From positions 1-30,757 of IMG/VR virus record IMGVR_UViG_3300038316_000377: a stretch of 30,757 nt of DNA; one strand, written 5' to 3'. A program made the position numbers and the translations under genes. The notes under the pieces are model-generated. The model made no database searches and was not told the DNA's origin. It saw only the letters and a list, made by a program, of their open reading frames with translations. The number at the start of each line of letters is the position of its first letter. Within the stretch, counting starts at the first letter, position 1. Origin of the DNA: a virus (taxonomy: Duplodnaviria > Caudoviricetes). Positions 17,027 through 24,519 of this stretch are shown here, piece after piece.

Positions 17027-18597
17027 CCTTCCGCCAGGATCCGTTCCTCGAGGTTGTCGGCCTGGTCGTAGAACCGCGCCCGGCACATTGCCAGCACCAG
17101 CGCCATAACTGGGTCGATTCGTTTGGTCCTGATCACGCTCTTTCCTTTAGTCTCTTTGACAAGCTTTTTCAGTCCTGATCCGTTAGTCGCGATCGAGGCG
17201 TTTCCGAAGGTCCACCGAAGCAATGGGTTGTGTTCGTGAGTCAACTGCCCGGAGCGCATCAGGGTTTCTACCGTGTTCATCGGGTCTGTCAGGACCGCAA
17301 AAGTACCCTGCTGAGTGACAACGTTGATGCCTTCTTTCATCTCAGCCTGAGTCAACATGACCGCAAAAGCGGGATCCGAAACCAGCTCAACCACCTCGTG
17401 CATCTCTTTATATTCGAGCACCTTGTCAAGGATTGCCCAATGGTCGATCGTGTCTCCATCTGTTACGTGTACGTGCCCGCTCATCTCCCATTTGTCATAG
17501 GGGACATGATCAGTTCGGACCCGATCAAGCAATGTGTTGCGCGGAATAAAGGCGTCGCTCTTGAAATGCCAGTGATCCAATCCTGGTTGAGGTGGGAATA
17601 GTCGCACAATGGCAGAAAGGTCGGTTGTAGTAGAAGCGTCCTGGCCAATGAAACATTTCATCCCCAGAAGCTTTTCATCAGGAATGATTTCTTCAGTCTG
17701 GTCGTAGACTTCCAGATTGATCCAGCTGGTCAGCTTTGTTGTTACCCACTGATTCAAATCCAGCCAGCGGAAGTTCAGTTCGACCTCAGGGCTGTTCTTT
17801 GCCCGGTTTGCAGCATCCCGCATCGATTCAATGTCTTTGGCCACACCAAGGGATGGGTTGGCTTCATACCAGTTTTCTTCGTTATAGATGTCTTCTCCCT
17901 CGTAGGAGTAGATCGCCACATACCAGGACGGATCCGAGATCTCACCAGAAGCAACCCGCATCGCATAATCATGCAGCTCCCAACCAATGCTTACCCGATC
18001 AGGGTCTTTCCCGGCCGTTGTAAAATTCCACCAGATCGGCTGGGCTCGAGAAGCGCCGGATCCGTGGGTCATCACATCCCACAACTCACGGTTGGGTTGT
18101 GCATGAATTTCATCAAATAACACCGCACTGGGTTTATACCCATGCTTTGTGTAAGCCTCTGAGCTCATTACCTTATAGCGCGTTCCGCTTACCTTATCGG
18201 TAATTTTCTTGTAAGATGGCAAGATCTTAGACCGCTTCAACAGCGCCGGTACCAGCTCGAGCATCTTGCTGGCCACATCATATATGATCGATGCTTGCTC
18301 CCGGTCAGCTGCGCACCCGTACACCTCGCCATTGATCTCACCATCGGCATACAGATGATATAAGGCAACTCCAGCTCCAAGCTCGGATTTCCCATTTTTT
18401 TTTGGAACCTCAACCCAGATATAGCGATACTGTCTGGTACCGTCCTCTTTGACAGTTCCATACACATCCCGCAGGATCTTCTCCTCCCAGGGCAGCAGCT
18501 TGAAGGGCTGTCCATAGAACTTCCCGTCGGTGTGTTTCAGCATCGAAAAGAAAGCACAAGCGCGGTCGGCTTTAGCCTGATCAAACGGCATGCCCAC
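17014..18597 (-). CDS. terL: Terminase large subunit
   Basis: LLPWE, Walker A VPKKNGKS, Walker B VLFDEIH, TTAG, GQDASTTTDLSA, RIDP nuclease motifs. Confidence 0.97.
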   Translation of the reverse strand: MGMPFDQAKADRACAFFSMLKHTDGKFYGQPFKLLPWEEKILRDVYGTVKEDGTRQYRYIWVEVPKKNGKSELGAGVALYHLYADGEINGEVYGCAADREQASIIYDVASKMLELVPALLKRSKILPSYKKITDKVSGTRYKVMSSEAYTKHGYKPSAVLFDEIHAQPNRELWDVMTHGSGASRAQPIWWNFTTAGKDPDRVSIGWELHDYAMRVASGEISDPSWYVAIYSYEGEDIYNEENWYEANPSLGVAKDIESMRDAANRAKNSPEVELNFRWLDLNQWVTTKLTSWINLEVYDQTEEIIPDEKLLGMKCFIGQDASTTTDLSAIVRLFPPQPGLDHWHFKSDAFIPRNTLLDRVRTDHVPYDKWEMSGHVHVTDGDTIDHWAILDKVLEYKEMHEVVELVSDPAFAVMLTQAEMKEGINVVTQQGTFAVLTDPMNTVETLMRSGQLTHEHNPLLRWTFGNASIATNGSGLKKLVKETKGKSVIRTKRIDPVMALVLAMCRARFYDQADNLEERILAEGWGM

Positions 18598-19222
18598 CCC
18601 CCTTGTTCACGATCGCTTCAAATTGAGCGGTAGGATCGCCTAACAGTTTTTCCATCTCGTCCAGCGGATCCTCTTCTTCAGCCCGTTCTGGAACCACTCC
18701 AGCTCTGGATCTCGGAGTCAGGTACATCTGCTGCTGATACCCAAGAAGGCTCGACCGCTTGCGATCCAGCCTGGCATCAATATCCAGGACGGTCTTATAT
18801 GCCGCTTGCACCTTGTTCACAATCTGAACCAGTTGCTTTGCCAACACATCCCAGGTTTCACCCTCTTTGTCGTAATCAGCCATATGGCGGCGGTGCATCA
18901 GCACATCCTCGCGCCGGTCTTTCCAATCTGCCAGGGAGGCTGTTCTCATGACCAGCAGATCTTGTTCTTCTTCCAGGGTAAGGCAGTATGCGATCAGCAG
19001 ATCACGGTCCTGGCTGTCCACGCGCTCTGCTTTCAGACTGTCAAACTCGCGCATCAGCCTTCGCCAGCTTTCCCTGGCAAACGCATGACCTTTCAGCTCT
19101 TTAGGCGCTGAAGTTGGTAAACTTCTGCCTGTTTTATTCACGATTTCTGCTGATAATCGCTGATTTTTTTCGTCCAAAGTTTCGTGTCGGACCACTAAAT
19201 CTGCTGGTTTTTTAGCAGGCAT
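18581..19222 (-). CDS. terS: Terminase small subunit (P27-like)
   Basis: Directly upstream of terL; PKEL...W...DRDLLIAYC and YLTPRSRA motifs; start MPAKKP. Confidence 0.8.
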   Translation of the reverse strand: MPAKKPADLVVRHETLDEKNQRLSAEIVNKTGRSLPTSAPKELKGHAFARESWRRLMREFDSLKAERVDSQDRDLLIAYCLTLEEEQDLLVMRTASLADWKDRREDVLMHRRHMADYDKEGETWDVLAKQLVQIVNKVQAAYKTVLDIDARLDRKRSSLLGYQQQMYLTPRSRAGVVPERAEEEDPLDEMEKLLGDPTAQFEAIVNKGGGHAV

Positions 19223-19239
19223 TAGGATTCTCCACATTG

Positions 19240-19310
19240 GGATTTTTTTTCGTGCGTGTGACCACCTGCGCTCGACATCCTCCGATTGAAAACTTTTTCA
19301 TCCCCCCCTC
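19240..19310. other. Probable cos / packaging-initiation region
   Basis: Non-coding gap between HNH and terS with a G-run, GC core and A8 tract, as in HNH-associated cos phages; exact cut site not determinable. Confidence 0.45.
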
Positions 19311-19645
19311 CCCATCTCTTCGACTGTCTTCTTCGAGTGACAGCTCGGGCACAAGGACTGGAATGGCCCATCCCAGAACATCTTGGGGTCTCCTTTGTGA
19401 GGGATCACGTGGTCCACGTGTTCTGCTGGTGTTGTTATGCCTATGCGCTCACACGAAGCGCACCAGGGGTGCTCCGCCAGGAACGCTGCCCGAAATTTCT
19501 GCCACCGTCGATCGTACAACTTCTGCCGGCTCCGGTCTCGTGTCCATCCACTTGCCGTTGAAGCTACCGCATGTACCTGGCACCGGCCACCCGTCACAAG
19601 GTTGGGGCACCCAGGATACGAGCACGGTCGTAGTGGTTTGTACAT
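19298..19645 (-). CDS. HNH endonuclease (terminase-associated)
   Basis: CSYPGC, HPWCASC, HVDHVIPHKGD, QSLCPSCHSKKT. Confidence 0.93.
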   Translation of the reverse strand: MYKPLRPCSYPGCPNLVTGGRCQVHAVASTASGWTRDRSRQKLYDRRWQKFRAAFLAEHPWCASCERIGITTPAEHVDHVIPHKGDPKMFWDGPFQSLCPSCHSKKTVEEMGRGG

Positions 19646-19646
19646 C

Positions 19647-20096
19647 TCAACAACCCTTCAGCTGTTTCAGCTCTGCCTCCAACACTGTGATCCGGTTGGC
19701 TAAGCTTGCTATGGTTACGGTTTGTTCTGCGATCTTCCGATCACGCTCCGCTACATCCAACTGGAGCTTTTCGATTTCGTGTTGTTGTGCGCTTTTCAAA
19801 TTTTCAAGCTCCTGGATCTTTTGGTCACGGCTTCTGACTTCTGCTCGCAACACATCGACCTCGCATGTCAGCTCCGAGATCTTTGTGCTTTGCTTTTCAA
19901 TTTTCACGTCTTGCTTATCTGCCTTACTGTCCAGCTGCTCAAGGCGGTCTTTGTACTCCTGGTAAAGCAAAGAGCTTGCCTCGTTTGCCACCTTTTGAGC
20001 GACAGAGTGCACATGCTTTCGGGCCGCAATAGCGCGGACAATCTCAACGATTACGCCACCGGTCAACAACCCAGCTATGACAGCGCCCCAGTCCAT
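19647..20096 (-). CDS. Membrane-anchored coiled-coil protein (lysis accessory candidate)
   Basis: N-terminal hydrophobic helix then long heptad coiled coil; next to holin. Confidence 0.6.
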   Translation of the reverse strand: MDWGAVIAGLLTGGVIVEIVRAIAARKHVHSVAQKVANEASSLLYQEYKDRLEQLDSKADKQDVKIEKQSTKISELTCEVDVLRAEVRSRDQKIQELENLKSAQQHEIEKLQLDVAERDRKIAEQTVTIASLANRITVLEAELKQLKGC

Positions 20097-20443
20097 TAGA
20101 TAATGCAGCCCCGCGAAGCCTTGATTTGCTTGATCTTGCTGGTTTGTGGTGAAACGATGTAAGTGCCAGCATTGAAGATCAAGGCCTGGATAAATGCGTA
20201 AACGGCTTGGACCAACGTTATCGGGCCTGCTGTGGATGGGATCAGTCCGTTGTTGACCAGTAGGAAGATCGTTACTGTAACGACCAGCATTGCGCCGATC
20301 ATGATCCCGCTCTTCACTTCAGATCTCAATCCTGCATACCAGGTCGAGAGCGCTGGGAAATAAGAGGCCAGCAAACTGGCAATCACAGCGATGATATTAA
20401 TGATCATCTCAGGGGTAAACTCAATTGGTTGCATCAACTCCAT
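20096..20443 (-). CDS. Holin-like membrane protein
   Basis: Three hydrophobic helices, basic C-terminus; AGGAGAAGG RBS; ATGs at 20443 and 20434. Confidence 0.65.
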   Translation of the reverse strand: MELMQPIEFTPEMIINIIAVIASLLASYFPALSTWYAGLRSEVKSGIMIGAMLVVTVTIFLLVNNGLIPSTAGPITLVQAVYAFIQALIFNAGTYIVSPQTSKIKQIKASRGCII

Positions 20444-20469
20444 CCTTCTCCTGGTCACACCAGGCGCTT

Positions 20470-20518
20470 AAAAACGAAAAACCAACCACGCGATCTCTCT
20501 CAAGATCAATGGTTGGTT
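20470..20518 (-). terminator. Intrinsic terminator in the late-operon leader
   Basis: AACCAACCA...GATCT-loop-AGATC...TGGTTGGTT followed by TTTCGTTTTT. Confidence 0.7.
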
Positions 20519-20558
20519 GGAAGCCAACAAACGCCAGATATACGGTTTTCTACCTAAT

Positions 20559-20587
20559 ATAATACCAGATATGGGGGTCTAATGCAA
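20559..20587 (-). promoter_or_regulatory. Sigma70-type promoter for the late operon
   Basis: TTGCAT-17 bp-TATTAT with TG extended -10. Confidence 0.7.
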
Positions 20588-20611
20588 GTAATTCACAGGG
20601 GAAGGTACTCC

Positions 20612-20726
20612 TTAAAGCACACCGCCCCAGTGGGGGGACTGGAGCGGTGCTTCGAGGGCGGAGAGATGGGATAGTGCTCCTTTTTTCTCCTTTAACCCGA
20701 GTTGCTTAGTGGGTTCTCGCTGACTA
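20612..20726 (-). ncRNA. Candidate ~110-nt small RNA antisense to the neighbouring tRNA-like RNA
   Basis: Starts about 6 nt after the TATACT -10; 5' end TAGTCAGCGAG-AAC-CCACTAAGC; ends in GC-rich hairpin 20615-20652 + TTT; no ATG-started ORF. Confidence 0.5.
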
Positions 20727-20731
20727 ACCAT

Positions 20732-20761
20732 AGTATAGCTGATATTGTCATTTTATGTCAA
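20732..20761 (-). promoter_or_regulatory. Sigma70-type promoter
   Basis: TTGACA-18 bp-TATACT. Confidence 0.75.
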
Positions 20762-20790
20762 GAGAAACCAAAGGATTTGTAAAGAGGTGT

Positions 20791-20863
20791 TGCCCCCAGG
20801 GAGACTCGAACTCCCATCTAACACGTAGTCAGCGAGTTGCTTTATCCACTAAGCTATGGGGGC
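20791..20863 (-). tRNA. Atypical tRNA / tRNA-like RNA (Val-GAC in the standard fold, Arg-like body, no encoded CCA)
   Basis: GCCCCCA-TA-GCTT-AGTGGATA-AAGC-A-ACTCG-CTGACTA-CGTGT-TAGAT-GGGAG-TTCGAGT-CTCCC-TGGGGGC-A; U-U mismatch in anticodon stem, U37. Confidence 0.8.
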
Positions 20864-20931
20864 AAGCACAATGATTATTCTACTATACCGCCACACCATT
20901 TTCTACAAAAACACCAGTGAGAAATCTTAAA

Positions 20932-22446
20932 TTATTCTAAACCGATATCCAGCTGCCCGACATCCTTGCCCTTTTTGGCTTCCGCTTTTTTGAACGGGTT
21001 TACCGTGTCTGCAGGCAGTTTCAGTTCCTTTCCTTCAAACCATTCCCGGATCGATAATAGTTGGATCCGTGGGAATGCGGTCGCCTGGGTGTACTGATAT
21101 TCTCCAGACATAGTCGCCTCACGTTTCATCTCAGATGTGGCATCCTTGAGTGTGATCAGGATTCCCATTGGGGCATCCTCTCTCTCCAGGTCGCCTTTCA
21201 ACCTGGCAACATCTCCCCTGTTAGTCCCTCCGCCTTTCACCTGGACAATGATCTTGCGTAGTTTCGGATTGGAATAATCGACTTTTTCTCTGAAAAGGAT
21301 GATTCCATCGATTCCTCTATCAGCACCCTTCTTCGATACACCGCTTGGAGGGTTTGCACCAACTAATGTGATTGCCCAGTCCTGGAAGGCAAACTTGTCT
21401 TTTTCAGCCAGTGCTGCAGCCGATTCATAATCCATCGGGATCCCGTCAATGTTGACATTGATCCCTGGGAAGTGGTTAATCATTCTTTCCCTGATCACAT
21501 TGATGGATTGCATGCTGATGTCAACCCCGACCCAGTTCCGGTTCAATCGCTCAGCCACTGCCACGGTCGTCCCACACCCGCAAAACGGATCCAACACACA
21601 ATCGCCTTCATTGCTGGACGCCTGGATGATCCGTTCCAATAGTGCTTCTGGTTTTTGCGTCGGGTAACCCAAGCGTTCTTTAGCAGTTGCATTGATAACT
21701 GGTATTTGCCATACATCAGTCATAATTACACCGTCGTTTAAATACACCTTTGCCCGATACTTTGCTCCATTCTTATCTCGTCGAGTGGTAAGTCTATAAC
21801 GACCTTGTTCATCTTCATGCTTATATCGAGTCTCTCTTTCATCTAGACTGCCCTGACTGTAATCTTGTAATGGACAGGTGAATAAGTGTTTTTGACGTGA
21901 CTTTGTGAAAAGGAGAATAACATCGTGCTTTCGTTGAAATGAGGTTGCCCTTTGAGTTGCCTTGGGCCCATAATACCAAATAATCTCGTTCAAAAACTCT
22001 CCTCCTGCTTTAGCAAATATCACATCCATGATCATCTTCAGATAATGGCTGGCCGTCGGATCGCAGTGCAAATAGATCGAGCCTGTCTCCTTCAATACTC
22101 GCCTGAGTGGAATCAGCCTGGCGGTCATGTTAACCAGATAGGCCATCATTGGGGTATCTCTCATGATCTCAAACAAGCTCTGCATCATGATCGCGATCTG
22201 CGGATTCGGGTTTTCCTTCAATGCTTCAAACAGACGTATGGTCGGAGGGGACCATTCCCAGGTATCCTCAAACGCCCGGATCTGCGCTGAAGCATCCACC
22301 TGGCCTTCTTTGAACAGCACGTTGTAATTACGGTTGGAATTGAACGGCGGGTCCAGGTAGATCAGGTCGAAAAGGTTATCGGAAAATCTCTCCTCTATTA
22401 CCTGCAGATTATCCCCAAAAAAGAGTGTGCGGTTCTCGAGTGTCAT
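20932..22446 (-). CDS. Beta-class N6/N4 DNA methyltransferase fused to a C-terminal Mrr-like PD-(D/E)xK domain
   Basis: YLDPPF (motif IV) precedes LDPFCGCGTT (motif I); YPTQKP; C-terminal GADRGIDG...VQVKGG; start MTLENR after AGGAGGT RBS. Confidence 0.9.
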   Translation of the reverse strand: MTLENRTLFFGDNLQVIEERFSDNLFDLIYLDPPFNSNRNYNVLFKEGQVDASAQIRAFEDTWEWSPPTIRLFEALKENPNPQIAIMMQSLFEIMRDTPMMAYLVNMTARLIPLRRVLKETGSIYLHCDPTASHYLKMIMDVIFAKAGGEFLNEIIWYYGPKATQRATSFQRKHDVILLFTKSRQKHLFTCPLQDYSQGSLDERETRYKHEDEQGRYRLTTRRDKNGAKYRAKVYLNDGVIMTDVWQIPVINATAKERLGYPTQKPEALLERIIQASSNEGDCVLDPFCGCGTTVAVAERLNRNWVGVDISMQSINVIRERMINHFPGINVNIDGIPMDYESAAALAEKDKFAFQDWAITLVGANPPSGVSKKGADRGIDGIILFREKVDYSNPKLRKIIVQVKGGGTNRGDVARLKGDLEREDAPMGILITLKDATSEMKREATMSGEYQYTQATAFPRIQLLSIREWFEGKELKLPADTVNPFKKAEAKKGKDVGQLDIGLE

Positions 22447-22483
22447 GTGTACCTCCTGGTGTGTTTTTGCCTTTGGTATCCAC

Positions 22484-22514
22484 ATTATACCTGCCTGCTC
22501 TACTTGAGATACAA
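22484..22514 (-). promoter_or_regulatory. Promoter for the methyltransferase
   Basis: Perfect TATAAT at 22489-22484; -35 poor (TTGTAT at 19 bp). Confidence 0.5.
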
Positions 22515-22550
22515 AAACCAACCAACGAACAAAAAGAGTCGTTGGTTGGT
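22513..22550 (-). terminator. Intrinsic terminator at the end of the early operon
   Basis: Perfect 12-bp stem ACCAACCAACGA/TCGTTGGTTGGT then TTTT. Confidence 0.8.
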
Positions 22551-22577
22551 AATATCAATCAATCCTATTTCAGGGTA

Positions 22578-22790
22578 TTACGCTTTCTGCTCCTTTTGGC
22601 TGATCAACTCTGCCAGCGCCTTCGTCCCCATGTCCCAGTGGAACTCCCTACCGCATTCCACGCAAACACCCCGCCAGAAGGTGGTTGCAATCCCGTTCAC
22701 GATCAGCATTTGCCGCCCTTTGAAGTCGCTCAACCTGCCGACCTCCCGGCCGCACTTCTGACACTCAATGATCACTATCTCTTCTGGCAT
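22578..22790 (-). CDS. Small zinc-ribbon protein
   Basis: CQKC...CVEC; start MPEEIV after GAGGG RBS. Confidence 0.7.
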   Translation of the reverse strand: MPEEIVIIECQKCGREVGRLSDFKGRQMLIVNGIATTFWRGVCVECGREFHWDMGTKALAELISQKEQKA

Positions 22791-22803
22791 GTAACCCTCT
22801 TTC

Positions 22804-23313
22804 TCAGGACTTACTTCGTCGCAAATACGCCGGCCCATCGTTGGCACCAGCAAACACGTCCACGACCTCTTTTTCAAACATTGCGAACTGAGCCCTAACA
22901 AACGTGATAGGCTGCCCGATCTGTTCAGGATACTCTTCCCAGCTGAATGGGATCTCGAATAAATTCAACCTCCCCCGCACTTCAAATGGATCAATCGGAC
23001 GGATCCTGCGCAGGATCCAGGCGAAATGACCCTCTTTGTGCCAGTACTGGTCGACCCGTGCCTCTGGCTCCTTGGTACAGCCAATCAGGTCAGCCACTGC
23101 CAGTACCTGCCCAAAGAGCAGCTGTTCCTGGTCAATCCCAATCCTGAAAACCCGCCTCACATATTCGAGATCCCGTTCCAGGTCAGCCTTGCTCTTGCTC
23201 GCATGGATCAGAATATCGCCACGGTGCCCGGTATACCACTTCCGGTTTTCCACTGTCATGTATCCATTGGCGATCAACCACGCCCAGGGTTGCTTGATAC
23301 TGATTGCTTTCAT
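22804..23313 (-). CDS. ASCH-domain protein
   Basis: MKAISIKQPWAWLI..G...VENR.W...HRG.ILIHAS, RGRLNLF. Confidence 0.9.
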   Translation of the reverse strand: MKAISIKQPWAWLIANGYMTVENRKWYTGHRGDILIHASKSKADLERDLEYVRRVFRIGIDQEQLLFGQVLAVADLIGCTKEPEARVDQYWHKEGHFAWILRRIRPIDPFEVRGRLNLFEIPFSWEEYPEQIGQPITFVRAQFAMFEKEVVDVFAGANDGPAYLRRSKS

Positions 23314-23510
23314 TCGGTCACCTCTTCTCTTTTGCATAGCCCCTTGACAAACTCTTCCAGCTGCGCTTTGGCTTCCACTGAAGCTGCTGCCTTTACCTTT
23401 ACATCGTCCTGGTCGAATGTCATCCCACCAAGAGTCTTCATGTACTCGTCCCTGGCATCTTCCCAGGCATAGAGCAGCCTGTAGAATTCCGTGAGATCAT
23501 CTTCGCTCAT
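23310..23510 (-). CDS. Hypothetical phage protein
   Basis: 4-bp overlaps with both neighbours. Confidence 0.7.
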   Translation of the reverse strand: MSEDDLTEFYRLLYAWEDARDEYMKTLGGMTFDQDDVKVKAAASVEAKAQLEEFVKGLCKREEVTE

Positions 23511-24067
23511 TCGAACCTCTCAACCGGATCCATCCAGGGAACGCCTAACAGCCTGAAAACATCATCCTCTTCAGGTGTATCCAGAACCTCTTCGCCATCC
23601 CACAATCTTCCATCCTTGAAGTACAGATGATCCGGGCAGTAGCCGCCCCACACTTTCTGTTTCACCATTTTTTTGGTAAAATCGGCGGAGCCGGTTCTGA
23701 TCATGAAGATGCAGCCCCATTTCTCGGGTTTTGTCATGAACAGGTCCACCTTCATCCCAAAAGCTACAAACTGCGCATACCACTCACCTGCTTTGGCAAA
23801 TAGTGTTCTATCAGATGATCCCAACAAAGTTTGCGAGTGGAGGTCGAATAGCCTTGTTTTGATAATCTCGGTGTCCCATTCACGAACTCCGAACAGATCC
23901 CGGGTGGATTTGGGAATTGCTACGAGCTCGATATCCCCCACCTCCAGGCATTGCCGTCTGATGGATCCCGCAATCTCAATCCGCTCACATACCGGCTCCA
24001 GCAGATCCAGCAATCTATGAGCCTGATACCGAGCAGCATCCAAAGGCACTTTCTTAGCTCCGCTCAT
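23507..24067 (-). CDS. Minimal family X DNA polymerase-like nucleotidyltransferase (palm + thumb only)
   Basis: IAGSIRR, GDIELV, KVDLF, RTGSADF, EEDDVF..LG.PW.DP.ER PolX motifs in 186 aa. Confidence 0.85.
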   Translation of the reverse strand: MSGAKKVPLDAARYQAHRLLDLLEPVCERIEIAGSIRRQCLEVGDIELVAIPKSTRDLFGVREWDTEIIKTRLFDLHSQTLLGSSDRTLFAKAGEWYAQFVAFGMKVDLFMTKPEKWGCIFMIRTGSADFTKKMVKQKVWGGYCPDHLYFKDGRLWDGEEVLDTPEEDDVFRLLGVPWMDPVERFE

Positions 24068-24278
24068 CGGTCACTCTGCTTTCCTTGTCATTCAGCTGGT
24101 CCAGCTTATCGGCTATCGCTCGTAGTTCGAGGGCGGTAAGATAAAAAACGCTCGTGTCCTTGTATCGCCACCCAAGATCGGTTAGTCTCAACCTCCCTTG
24201 TTCTCTGCCGCTTTTTCGAGAGACAAAATAAATATCCCTCGCAACAAATTCAAATTTGATGATTGTTTGGTTACTCAT
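24054..24278 (-). CDS. Hypothetical phage protein
   Basis: Start MSNQT after AGGAG RBS; operon context. Confidence 0.6.
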   Translation of the reverse strand: MSNQTIIKFEFVARDIYFVSRKSGREQGRLRLTDLGWRYKDTSVFYLTALELRAIADKLDQLNDKESRVTDERS

Positions 24279-24300
24279 TTCACGCTCCTGTTTAACCTGA

Positions 24301-24516
24301 TTACAAGTGAAATTCCACACGTTTGACAACAATATCTGGGTGTAATCTTTCTGCAACCCATTTCCAGGTGTTTTTTTCAAGCTCCAAATCAGCAATCTGT
24401 TGTTCATAATCGCTGGTCATATTGAGCATTTCTTGAGCTGTTTCGCTGTCGAGTTCAGCTGGAATTCCAGTATTGATGACAAATCGAAGTATTTGGTTTA
24501 TTTTTTCTTTACTCAT
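24301..24516 (-). CDS. Hypothetical phage protein
   Basis: GAGG RBS; operon context. Confidence 0.6.
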   Translation of the reverse strand: MSKEKINQILRFVINTGIPAELDSETAQEMLNMTSDYEQQIADLELEKNTWKWVAERLHPDIVVKRVEFHL

Positions 24517-24519
24517 TCC

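Noticed and set aside
17014-18597. Intein or intron in terminase
   Set aside because: Length and motif spacing are normal, with no splicing motifs
19237-19965. 242-aa + strand ORF, and similar long + strand ORFs such as 14817-15587, 8301-8843, 9180-9761
   Set aside because: Antisense shadows of well-supported - strand genes with no recognisable motifs
20612-20726. T-box riboswitch or leader peptide
   Set aside because: No T-box consensus or stem I; AAGGAG motifs are not followed by a well-spaced start codon
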